From positions 62,001-126,000 of the forward strand of contig NW_019091357.1 in NCBI RefSeq assembly GCF_001949145.1: DNA of 64,000 bases, written 5' to 3'. Of the stretch, positions 11,371 to 23,814 are shown one piece after another. Origin of the DNA: Acanthaster planci. Taxonomy: Eukaryota. The position numbers and the translations under genes were made by a program. Position 1 is the stretch's first letter; the number at the start of each line of letters is the position of its first letter. The notes under the pieces are model-generated. The model was not told the origin of the DNA. It saw only the letters and a list, made by a program, of their open reading frames with translations, and did not search any database.

Positions 11371-13730
11371 ATGGTGAAAATGAAAACTCCTTTTGCGTTG
11401 AAGAGAGTGTTGATTCTTCTTTGCGTTCTTTACAATGGAGGTACGTTTTCCAACTCATGTATTAATGGATGTGCAACTTTAGTGCTCAAAAATGGGTCGT
11501 ATAAAAGTGACCGTGGTTCAATTCGTACGTTGCCTGAACTTGACAGTTTTACTGTGCTCTATGCTACGAAGTAGACTCAGAGAAATTAATTTACATGCCA
11601 TCTAATGAACACAATGATGGGTGACTAAAACCTGTGAAAGGTGAATACATAAAATTATATACATACATGTATATTACTTTAATCTCTACTCTTGCCCCAT
11701 GTAAAGGAACATGGACATTATGTGCGTAAGTCCTAAATTATGGGATATAGATCATAACAGATACATCTCATTCGATTCCTATTTTGAACAGATACCAGCT
11801 CAATTGAGACGTCCTGTGGCACTTTGCAATGTCGTAAACCATCAGACACACACATCAGCTATCTTCAAACAAGCCAAGGAGTGAGCTCTCGTTGCTTTGA
11901 CAACGGGACAATTATACATATAAGTTGTTCTCGTGGTTTTCAGCACTATGTTGACCACTACCAAACTACGTGTGATGGGGAAACGGGCGAGTGGCAAGAC
12001 AAAGGATCGTGCGAAATAGGTAAGCTTGAATTTCAATCAGTCTGCTCATTGCCGGTTGTATTTCAAGTATTTGGTACTTCTTGCAAGCTCCATTTCAAAC
12101 AACACTAGGCCTACGTCAAGTCGTTTCTGGAAATATACGATGTTTGAAAGTTCCCGTGTCCTAACTGCATCACCCCATGCGTGTATTAATTAATAATTGT
12201 CGTCACTGCATTGTAAGACTGGAAAACTACCTTGCTTTATTTATTCCAGTGTCGATCCAGAACCTGACGAATGTAGTAACACGATTGTTGTGTGTTCGTT
12301 CTTGTTTTCAGAATTAGCGTCTCTTATTTCAGTCATAGCAGCTTCAGTTATCCTCTTGGTATTCTTCTCCGTGGCTGTACTTGTCTTAATATGGAAAAGC
12401 AAGAGGTAGTTTGCCATTTAACTTCATTTAATTAGCTAGGTTCTGGATTTGATGGTTTCCTTTTCCCCAACCGCGACAAGGTTGGAGGTTAACGTCCTAG
12501 ACCAGAAAGATACTGGTCACGTTTGAACTACCGAACACAGATTCCCGCGTGCATGACAATGATCTAGGCCTACACAATACGCTGCCGTTTTAAACATGGT
12601 ACCAATCATACAAGGAGTCAGACTTTTGGAGATACATGTACAATAACCATAATAGTCGCTTGACTGAGGGTAATTGCCGCAGTAAACAATGTCCAACATA
12701 CCCTCAGAAGAGGGAGAAATATCTGCATAGATGAGACGAACCTTCACTTCCCAAATCCTCCTGTGGCTGATTTTCCGAAAAGCAACATCGCCTTGGAAAA
12801 AAAATTATCACTCCCAACTAAATATCCATATCCAGTAGGTGTCTTTGTATTTCTATTAGAGAATGTGTGCTTCGAGTTGGCATCACCCAGCTATTTACTC
12901 CCATCATCAAAATTTACTTTTATTCAGAATCCGGGAAGTAAATATAGACCCAGAGGCCGCTGAACAAGATCCAAAGGCTGATGCAAATGTAGAAAGGGTA
13001 ATGTTTCGTCAGCGGAACCCAGACCAACTTCCACCAGATGGAGGTGACATAGAAATGGCAGTATTTCGTCGGCAAGACCTCAATGAAAATCCACTAAATG
13101 ACGCAGGTGCTGGAGTGCATTATCCACAGAATCACGATCAAGTACGAAATCACGAGGTTGTTGAAGTGCATCGTCCACAAGACCAAGATGAAAATCCCCA
13201 AAATGAAGCTGATGCTGGACTGCATCATCCACAGAATCTCGACCAAGTGCAAAATGACGGGATAGCTGAAAGATATCATCAGGAAGGACATGACCATGAA
13301 CCGGACATGGAGGCCACACTGTGTGTCCGTAAAGCCACACAAACTGAAGAGTAAACACGTTGTTAAACCAATTTGTTCATTTCAATATTTTACTGTGATA
13401 AAAGATAATGATGGAAAACTGATTGCATCAAAACCATGGCAAAGTGACAGTTTATCGTCCGATGTAAAGTCCAATGTACGATCAGGAACTTTGAACAACA
13501 GTGTAATATTGTTTGTATTATTTTGTTTCAGTTTCGTGAACACCACCCCAAGACAAAGCGCTGCAACGCAAACGGAGATCCAAATGACTGACATGAATTC
13601 ATGGTGTGAATACCACCCGCTACCTCTGCGGCACATCGATCAAATTCACATCCAGTGGAATCATGACTGTCGAAGCACTCCTCTCTCAATTGACTTCGGC
13701 GGAGAAGGTTCACTAGTATCAATGTGTTAA
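11371..13730 (+). CDS. Sushi-TM receptor paralog C (signal peptide, 6-Cys CCP-like domain, TM, repeat-containing tail)
   Basis: Exons 11371-11440 (MVKMKTPFALKRVLILLCVLYNG), 11792-12019 (SC..QC..RCFDNGTIIHISCSRGF..TCDGETGEWQDKGSC), 12312-12405 (TM), 12928-13350 and 13532-13730 (...GSLVSMC*). All junctions are GT-AG and the phases (1,1,2,2) give a continuous frame. Confidence 0.8.
13061..13270 (+). repeat. Coding tandem repeat, 2 x 105 bp (35 aa), in the tail of gene C
   Basis: VFRRQDLNENPLNDAGAGVHYPQNHDQVRNHEVVE followed by VHRPQDQDENPQNEADAGLHHPQNLDQVQNDGIAE; units start at 13061 and 13166. Confidence 0.85.
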
Positions 13731-15506
13731 AGAGGCATAATATTATGCATACAACTTGTGGTCAGAAGCTTAATGTAAAATTAAGTATAAGATTTTGGGA
13801 AGATTTTGGGAAGACTACCGCAAAGGGTTGACGACTCAGCTTCCTTCAAAGATATTCCATAATTGAAATAAACTGCTTTTGTTTGCTTAAATAATAGCAT
13901 TTTCAAAGATTTCTCACAGAAATTCGTAATATCTATAAAATGATATATCTTAAGGTGTTCCAGAGACGTATCCATGCTGATAAAGCTTGGGACAAGTGCT
14001 TCTCCAAGTTTAAAACAAAACAAACCAAAAAACCTGCGAAACTGTGGGAGCCTCACGTCCAATTCCAAAAGCAAACTGCGAGTATGCGTGATTGTGTTGT
14101 GCTTGTAAATCGTGTCCCGTTTTTTATTCGGGAAAGTTAACTTAGTTTCATTTTTACCTCAAACAAATTATGTCGGGTAAAACTTATGTAGTTACTTTGC
14201 CTAAATGAAATACAGGCTTAACGAAAACTTCCCCATTATATTATACTCCTTATTTAACTTTTTGGCCAAGCGAAGTCTCACAATTTGTGCGGCATTTATT
14301 TGCCTAATTATGCAGTGCATGTGCGGAGAAGCTTGCGAGCGCAGCTCTAGTGGATCCGTTCGCTGCATACTCGTATTGCAAGATAGGACATAAAACTGTG
14401 AATACCTCATGCACAAGGAAATAATTGTATTATTCTGCCAGTTTCATACAAACGGTAGCATTTCCCGCAACAACAACAAAAAAACCTCTAACCCCGAGCT
14501 CGACCTCTTCTTATTACACACCAAATATGAATAGTGCAAGTCAGTAAGTTTAACCCCCAAAAAGCACTTTACTTCCTTCTCGACATGGTAATTTCATTAA
14601 AAATGTGCATGATGTGTTATAACCCCTATGAGTATACCCAGCAAGAAATGAGACCGAGGGATACCCCCCCAACATGTCCAATCCCTATACACATTCCAGA
14701 CTATTGTTACTTAACACATCCCCCCCCCAAGATGTCTGAAAGGAATTCCCCAGATTCCTGCGACACAATGACCAACACAAAGCAGGGGGGTTCTCTCCGT
14801 CTCATACCTTGCTGCATATGCCTATGAGCTATCACAAGGTAACAGATGCACTCAAGGTATTCGAGACACATTTGATTCCGTTGCGGGAATATATCACAGT
14901 TTATCAAGTGAAAAACTCAGATTACTCAGAACTCGGACTGTCATCGAATTATCGAACTACTTTAGAATTACAAAGAATATGCGCGTTGGTCATTAAACTA
15001 ACAAAAGAGTTGGACATTTGCAAATTGAGAACGTGACATGTTTATGAAACACACTCTTCAGTAAAAATTAAGTACAGAGATGTTATAAATGAAAGTGCCG
15101 GGCGCAGGCTTTACGTCACAGATTACTTATCACGCCAAATGGCAATTTCAGTACAATGTGCATGGCGTGTTATAACCCCTAAGAGCTACCTGTATCGCAA
15201 GCTATAACAGGTGCATTTGAAGTATTCGAGATACATTTGATCCGTTGCAGGAATATAACACAGTGCACGAAGTAATATAAAATGAAAGTGCAGGGTACAG
15301 GCTTATTTCACACATTACTCATCAGTATACATTCAACTGTTTGGACAAGCGACTTCTTTCAGGGCAAACACAGTCAGCTAACTATTCATCCTTATAGAGG
15401 GCCCTGTCCCATTGTGACGTGTTGGTGGAATTGTTCGCCTACGCAGCATATTCTTTAGGAAGGCACTGGAGCGTAACATGCCTGATAGCCTGAACGGAAA
15501 CCTACC

Positions 15507-18120
15507 ATGGTGATTGCTGTATTACTCAGCACTGTCACGGTGTGTTATGGTCGTACGATGGGAACGATACACTGTAATACGACTTACAACAAGGCGCGAT
15601 TAAGTCCCTGACATCATAACCTAGTTGAATCGAAATATTAATCCCAATCAATTAGAAATTTAAGGCTAACACAGTATAGAGATTTCTCAACAGCAGCGGC
15701 TCATTTTTGCCAAGAAGGGAAGGTGAACGCGACAGTTGATCACGTCTGCCTAGTATAGTGAGTCTGCCTCTGCGTTGGAGTTACATATGCTGGCAGGAAT
15801 TATCTCATGATCTGCGTTTAGCTTGCTGTGCTGTAAATGACAGGTGAGAGGAGGGGTCTTTTTATACTAAATTAATGACAATTTATTCTGCATTCAAATG
15901 TTGACGTTTTCATATGAGTGAGGAAGAGTTATTGGCAGTAAAATGGCACAACAAAAATATACCTTTTAGTCCGGCAAATAATATTTTGATTCTGTTCATA
16001 GCCGGCAAAGATCCACCAGGAATCAATAAAAACTTGTTAACTTTATGCGTTGTTCGATACATAATTATAAAACTAATATTGAGTTAACGTTGACCAGCTG
16101 ACGTTATTTTGTCATGACAATTATTAGCCAGTACGGCGATATTAATTTCATTAACTTATCGTTTCGGTCTAGGACGCATAATGGCACAATGTAATACCTT
16201 CCAGTGCGTCATCATCACTAACACGATCAGTAGCACCGTCGACAGTAACGCGACTGACGAATGCTATGACAACGGAACAATCATCACTGTCTCCTGTAAT
16301 CGAGGTTTTCAAAATCTGGTCGACAAGTATAACACCGTTTGCAATGGCACGACGGGAGAATTTGAACCGGGGGGATCTTGTGAAATAGGTAGGCCATGAT
16401 CAGTTTACTGTACTACAGATTGGATTCAAATCCCAACATTCTTCAAGTCTTTTCCTATAAAATACTATTGGTTATGTGGCTTCACAATGTTCAGACTTCA
16501 CGCATCTTATAATGTCTCCGCAAATGAATTAGTTAGGAGGGAGTACATGTTTCACACTATACGTGCAAAATTCTTCTTCACAGACTTACTGACGCTGATT
16601 TTAGCCATCGTTCTGATGTTAGTCATTACCTTCATCTTCAGTCTCGTCACTTTTCTTGCCTACAAAAGGTAAGCAACAGCTTCACATTTTCTTCCAATAC
16701 ATTTATAAGATTCTGACAGAGTGGTCACAGCCATTAATGTTCTTATGGACCCCTGCACAACCCTCGCCCGATTAGTCGTCAACCATCGGAACAAACGCTT
16801 TTTTTTCGCAAAATAAATGTTGGGTTAAAATCTGTCTCATTTCCTTTTAAAAATATTCACAGCATGAGGGGAATGGTTTTTCAATGTTTACGAAATACCT
16901 CTTTAAAATATAACATTTACAAGTGTGTAATATTTAGAACTTGTTCGGATTTGAGCAGCAAAAAATAACTATAATTGATGTGTTTTAATTTTAGGTACAC
17001 GAAGCGATGGAAAAAGGCGATGTACGACACTTCCCGAGATGTATCAGAAATAATTGACGGACACAACGAGGAGGTTGGGGGTGTGGTCAACATTGGGATG
17101 GCTACCATGCCTCCAAGTCCAAAGTTTATCCCTATAGAAGACCCGTACGATATACGGAATGACGTGGGTACCCAGACCATGGCCGAGGTTCACTATGAGA
17201 ACTCGTCAGTTGCTGCAAAGAATCAAGAGGTCCAGTATGCAAATACCTCATATGAGATGGACACTGGTTCCATCAAAGAAAATGGGATGTTACCCAGTGA
17301 TCCACAGGCAGGCAACAGTACGGAAAAACTCATAGATACAAAACGTGATGAACCAGATGGACAGCCCTCAATTGTCAACGCATACGCGAATATCGACCGT
17401 CCGCTTAACCGTGCCCGACGGGGTCCTTCAGATGCATCTGTTGGCGGTAGTACCAAGGTCCGTCCGGTAACTGCTCCTCCGGTCTTTGATGACATGTCGG
17501 CTTCAGTCCGTACTCCCAGAGATAGTGACGAGGTGGAGGCTCTATATGCTAAGGTCAACAAAGTGAAGCGATCTTCAGAACGCTGGCCACCACAAAGCAA
17601 AGACCCCAGCCGACCACATGGCAGACCAGCAGATCTTGACGATTTGCTGAACCACATCAATAAACCAAGTCAGAAACAGTTACAAAAGAATGAAAGCTCA
17701 CCAACTCGACCCATGGCGGAATCCAAACGGATAGAGGACTTGTACGCAGAAGTACCAGAAGACTGGGCTTCCGGTTCAGTGAAAGCAAGTCCACCCAAAA
17801 CAGCACCCAAGCCTGTACGTAACAGCAACCAAACATCAACTGAAAAGCCACTCAAACGCTATGTACCACAATCACAGATCGGAGATGGTAACACCGCTGA
17901 TATGTATGCTGAAGTGGATAGGTCACACACCTCCCCTAATCGACACATCGTCAGTAGCAACTTCAACCCGCCTTCCCCTCCCCCGATTGATGGGACGGAG
18001 GGTCTGTACGCGCAGATTGACAGCGACGGAAAGTCAAGGAGTACGCGAGTGACGGGTGACCTAGACTCAACCTACAGTACCGACGAGGGCTTTGTCGATC
18101 ATGCAACCACCAAATTTTAG
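15507..18120 (+). CDS. Sushi-TM receptor paralog D with a ~375-aa Tyr/Pro-rich cytoplasmic tail
   Basis: Probable signal exon 15507-15549 or -15552 (ACCATGG context, MVIAVLLSTVTVCYG; donor uncertain), Sushi exon 16173-16388, TM exon 16584-16668 and one long tail exon 16995-18120 (RYTKRWKK...DHATTKF*). Phases 1,1,2 are consistent. Confidence 0.8.
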
Positions 18121-21052
18121 GAAGTAAATGATCTCAAAAACAAGGTATTTATCGATCATGTCACCACCACCAGAATTTAGGGACTAAATGACTTCAATTT
18201 AACGGCAACCCCCATCCGTACATGTATATCCTGTTAAAATTGTACGTGTACTGATATGATTTTTGTCACAAAATTCTGTGGTCCATTACGCCCCGCGCGA
18301 TAGGTTTTGATCACAGCTTCAAAAGCGCGCGTCCGCAATTCGCAATAGCTCTTTAAAGAATCAACTAAAAGTGGAAAATAACGTACTCTGTGTTTCGACC
18401 AAGCGTATAAAAATGCAGGACTAATATTGTACTCCTATAATGAAAATTGTTTTATGACGAAACAACTGTTTATTAATGAAAAATGCTCATGTACTCAGTG
18501 ACATAACGTTTGGTCTTTGACCTTCGTTCTGTATCCAATGAAATCAAAATGGACGAACTAAAGAATGGGAGATCAGATGTACATTGTGTACAATGTACAT
18601 TCAGTGTATCCGTTCTCTTAATATGGTGCACTCCAATAGATCACATATTTTATCATGTGTATTCAATACGTATGTAGTATAGTTGGCGTTGATAATAGAC
18701 ATGTATATTGGCCAATTCTAGACCCAAACCAATGTATAAAGGGTACAACATTAATACTCCGAAAATACAAATTTAAAGAACTTTAGGCTACATTTAGAAG
18801 GCGGGAAAAGGTAAATTGTGCGAATATTATTCCTATTAATGCAAAAAATTGTACATTTTAATCCCGGTGATGTAAAAAGTCAGGGGGAAATGATACATAA
18901 TCACTGAATGCAATACATGTATAGTGTTTTAATCTTGGCAACTCTGTGTCTTCCTAAGCATTTCCAAGTATTTCTGTAGACGTTACAAAGATTACGGAGC
19001 CAAATTTAAAATCCGGACACTTCATATTAGGAATTGTTGTCCTATTGAGATTTCCTGTCCGTTGTTAGTTTTTCAGCAGTTCTTAACAACCTGAATACGC
19101 AATTTATGCTAAAGCGAATTCATCCATATTTTGATGACTTTCATTAACCCCATGTAAACCAATGTATTAATGTTTTTCTGAAGTATAGAGCGATTCATCC
19201 ATTCTATTCGAAATTATAAACAAAACTGGTATTTAGAAACTACATACATGTATCGGTATCATGACAAAGGAACCTTATAGCTCTTTGACATTTCAGTCCA
19301 CATCTCTGCATGGATAATACACGGATATTACTTGTATATGTATCTAGTATGTTGTTTGTAGTTAAGCCATGTTCTCAATCATAACGCGGGCGTTTTTCGG
19401 ATGCACTATGTAAATATTTGAAATGGTGACAGCATTAAAGAACTATAGAAGTAATGTTCCTTTCCAACACTGTTTTCATTAATTGATGTTTCAGCTTTTA
19501 GTTAAAATGAAATGAACCGCACACAAGACTTTGCTTATTTTTCATGTGCGTCTGGCAAAAGGCATGCATCTAATTGACTACATGTACAGTATAATGCGTA
19601 GCCCCTACCTTTTCTGTCACCCTCTTTGGTCTGTGTCCCGAAAATTGAGTTGTCAAAAAGGACTTTGTAGATCTGACATGCTCATTTATTTCTTGCCACT
19701 TTCAAACCCCTCATTTAATAGTATTTGACGTATTTTTCTTTAAAGAAGTTATATACTTGGGTCCTGTGATGACACTCGTCACTGTTCACATTTAGGTTCA
19801 TGTGAGCAATACGACAAACTGATAACAAGGAACAAGATACATCATCTAAATGATTAAAAATAAAGATTCTCAAGCCTCCACAATCGCTCTTTCCAATTAA
19901 ATTTTTCTAACAATACAACTCAGTACGGATCGACCTACTTTGTGCACTTAAGCAAGTGATCATATATGATTGTGCAATCAATGGTTTGCTATTAAATTCG
20001 AAGAAACAACACTGATGAAATCGAAATGGACACAATAGTAAGTCCAAACAATTTTTTGACAAAACATGAAATTTGCCCAAACATAAAATTTGGAAAATAT
20101 AATTCAGTCTATAAGTGCATGTCTTCCAAAACATCCATTAAACTAGAATCTCTTACACCATGCCAGCCAGAACAGAAAATGCAGCAAGTGTTGTTTGACC
20201 CTGAATAAAATATACGTGTAGCTGAATGATCCGGGACACTGCCGACTCCAATAACAATGTGGGTGTGCAAAGCCAGAAACTAAAAATATTTCTACAATGA
20301 ATTCCACGGAGGTAAAACCCACAGGGCATGTACGTGCATTCCATTTTCACAGATGTACATAATGGCACGATGACGTTAAAAAAACAGGGACACGTAGGGA
20401 AAAAAGCTGGTTGTAGTTACCCGTCCGATACATGTAAAATTGCAGTTTTAACATTCAAATCTTTTTCTTCAAATACTGTAAGTCTGTAAAAAAGCTGGAA
20501 ATTGTTCCATTTCTTTTTCTCAAAAATCAGATGGAAAAAAGATATTTGTTTTTTTTCCCCTCTCATCCATAAGCGATCAACAAACGTCATCATATTTTTG
20601 TATGAAACTGTTTATATTCAAGTAAATATTTTACAGGAATCGTGAAAACTTTCTGAATTGATTGCTGAACAATTGTAAATGAAAAATTGTCTTCTAGAAT
20701 AAAATGCTGTTTATTCAAAATAATTTCATTGCGAAATCAAATCACTCCTTTCAGTGAAGGCAACATCTTTATTCCCATTGATTCCTGATCACCACAAAAA
20801 AGGTCTCTTACTGAAGATAAGATCTTAACAACCTAAGACAGTTTCCACCAAGTTGACAAAAGGATGCCTGGGTGCTTTATTCTATTTATCCTTGTGAAGT
20901 GATGCATACATGTTTGTTTACACATGTCCAAGTTCAGAGTGCACCGATGCCAGGCCACTTCCTAAATACCTCTCCCAAAGGAAAGAACAATCAAGATTTA
21001 TATTTTGAAACCCTTAAATCCCTTACGCCCGTATCAGTTTTACAATTGAATG

Positions 21053-23814
21053 TTACGCTTGCACACTTACATACAGCAGGTTCTTGACAAAGTAAACGGG
21101 AGTCGCTTGTTTCTGAAGGACGCCCTCTATTGACTGGACCTGTTAAATGAATTCAGGAATTTCTTTTTGAGACACAGTTGTGGCCTTTGACGCAGCTTGA
21201 GCCACTCACACTATACTTTATTTGATTAGTTTGATTTTTTGATGAATCTCACAAAACTGGGCAGATAAACCCAAAGCATCAAACTGAGAAAATTAACTGT
21301 AAAAGGACCAGGCAACAAACACATACAAATACAGTTTTTCCTGAAATTTTAGAAATAAAGAAATTCCACTCACATTATCAAACCACCGTGATACATTCAT
21401 GTACTTCTCCTTTTCTTGGAAGGTCAGTGAAGACTGTACAAGCGAAAAAAATTATAAATCAGACTAAACATGTAACTTTAGTAATCTTTCTGGGAGTAAC
21501 AAGAGGAGAAATGAAAAAACCTATTACATGTCCCTATTATTAAATATCATTACATATGGACCTACTCTACATCACGCATATTGGTTTGTTCAGTTTTTGA
21601 AGGGAAATGGAGGCAAGACAAAATATTTAGGGAATTTGTTGTCTTCCAGCTACCATTGAAATCAACAAGCCTTTCTCTATCATTTCATCTATTCCCTCAT
21701 GGTGTCCTTGCAATTCATTTAGAGACATTGCTTTGTTTTGCAATTACCTGCAAGTATGAACTAAATCTGGTCTGCAGTGGAAACTTACCAAAGATGACTG
21801 TAATCCATACATGATCAGCAAATCGGGTAATGTGAGTCGCTCCCCAAGGAAATATGTTCTCGTAGAGAGATATATGTTAAGTTCCTGGTGGAGAAAATTG
21901 GACAAAGGAGGAGCAGTGTTAACAGAAACAGACAGAGAGTTTGACAATATAAGAATAAATACTGAAATATTGAACAATGCTATTATGAATGAAATAGGGT
22001 CCGTAAAACGGAGAAAAACGGATGAAGAAAGAAGAACAAATCTGTTGATTGAGGCCACTAAGCTTCAACAATGGATTCAACGATGGAAGGTTCTGATTTC
22101 TTTTATCAAGCATAAAAAAGGAAAAATCCAGGCAAGTACCTTGAGAACTGTTGAAGCATCTTTTTCAGCATGACACCTGTCAATGTCTGTGACTCTGTAT
22201 TCTAACCACTGTGAGACTGCGGCCCGTTCACCAGTATCATTTCCACCAATCAGATCATGCCGCCCTGCAGTCTTTGCCAAGTAAGTGGCAACAGATGAGA
22301 GTCCTCTGACTGTTGTTCCATTTAAAGTCAGGACTGGGACCTGTGAGTGTCATGAAGAAAATCACAGAAAACTAAGAATGATATACAGTGCAGTTTACAG
22401 TTGAAAATTAGTTGACCTTTTACTTCAAAGCGAGACTTACAAATTCACACCATTCACCCAAGGTGAAAGTTTAAATTAAATAAGAAAATTGACACAACTC
22501 CCTTCCCAATGCCACCTAAACAAAAGTCAAAGATCCTCTGATTTCAATTAACTTGAGCCAAAAGCCACGGTTACATCAAACTTTCTCTGATTAAAGGTTA
22601 ACTGCATTCTGCCATGGTACTCACTTGTTGCATTGTACAATCAAACCAGGTTAATAAAAGGCATTATTTATGATCTAGCATTGTTCATACAGCAAGGACA
22701 TCTTTAGGTCCAAATCCTTTTTTCTTCATCGTTTCTATCCCTGATAATACAAGATTTCCATTACAAGGTTATTTGGAAAGCCTGAGGACCTCTTATGAAT
22801 AAGGTTTGACTGTTAACATCAGTATGTGCAACTACACTGTACACTACGTCTTTCTTCGCGTTCTTACAAGTATGAAACTATGATTGACTCATTCAAGTCA
22901 TTCTTGTGGTCAGCAAGGTACATCACTGGTTCTTGTTTCTTGTCTCTGATTGGTCAGTGTTGGCTGTTCCTTACGCCTCCTCTACGCTACGTTGTACATG
23001 CATACTGGCCTACACCTCACTGAAAATATTCTGCAGTTATAGTTAACCCTAACAGTCCCCAATCCTCCAATTTCAATGTGATTCTACCAGAGTTGCTGAC
23101 TCGAGTCATGTGACTTGGACTCAAGTCGGACTTGAGTCACTATTTTTGTGACTTGTGACTTGACCTGTAAATACCAGCTTTGACTCATGACTTGACTTGG
23201 ACTTGCACAAAAATGACGTTACCAACTCAAGTCAGACGCTACTTGACTGGCCCCATATATTTTTATCACTCGTAACTTCGTAAGTTGACGTCTGGATCTT
23301 TTTGCTGATTGCAGCTGCACAAAATAATGCACAGCTTGACTTGTACAGTACTTAGACAAAGAGACTTTTGACTTGACTTGTGTTTAGACCAAATGACTTG
23401 TGACTTGACTTGAGTTGACTTGCCCTGTGGCCAAATGACTTATGACTTGACTTGGACTTGCAAAAAATGACTTACTGCCACCTCTGGATTTTATATACAC
23501 TAGGGGGTTAAGGTTTTGGAATATTGATTGACCACATTATACCAAAAGACTTGTCCTTATTTATCATACTGCCTAGAAGAAAACAAGTGATTCCCGGTAC
23601 AAACTTTGAAATGAACATGATGAATGGACAAGAAGACTGCCCCTTTTTGGACAGGCTCCGACACGCCTCAACTCAAAAAGTGTACCACTACCTGTGTTCC
23701 GAATCAGCGAAAATATTTCAGTTTTACCTTGGTTTCACTGTTAACGTTTACTTTTACGCCTGTGACATTCAAAAATCTAGCTAAGGCCTTCAGATCCTGT
23801 TTAATATCTGCCAT
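21053..23814 (-). CDS. EEF1E1: Eukaryotic translation elongation factor 1 epsilon-1 (AIMP3/p18), GST-like subunit of the multisynthetase complex
   Basis: Exons 23814-23728, 22340-22140, 21884-21789, 21433-21374 and 21139-21053, all phase 0. They encode VPVL..GLSSVATYL..ERAAVSQWLEYRVT..ELNIYLSTRTYFLGERLTLPD..LTFQEKEKYMNVSRWF..VYFVKNLLY, which matches AIMP3 motifs as I recall them. Confidence 0.95.
23088..23486. mobile_element. hAT-like non-autonomous DNA transposon (MITE) with GACTT-rich subterminal repeats in EEF1E1 intron 1
   Basis: Termini CAGAGTTG.../...CACCTCTG; flanks GATTCTAC and GATTTTAT (6/8 match, degenerate 8-bp TSD); many GACTT(G) units near both ends. Confidence 0.7.

Noticed and set aside
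15790..15850. Strong donor CAG|GTGAGA at ~15843 as the first coding exon of gene D
   Set aside because: In the required phase it gives only Met-Thr after an in-frame stop, with no signal peptide; the 15507 exon fits better. It could still be an alternative or UTR exon.
17536..17562. Horizontal transfer from Helicobacter cagA
   Set aside because: Similarity is limited to short linear motifs within an ordinary spliced animal gene.
21811..22173. 120-aa + strand ORF
   Set aside because: It is antisense to EEF1E1 exons and an intron and has no recognisable motifs.
23088..23486. GACTT-rich tract as telomeric or satellite DNA
   Set aside because: It is bounded by short TIRs and a degenerate 8-bp TSD, so a hAT-type MITE explains it better.
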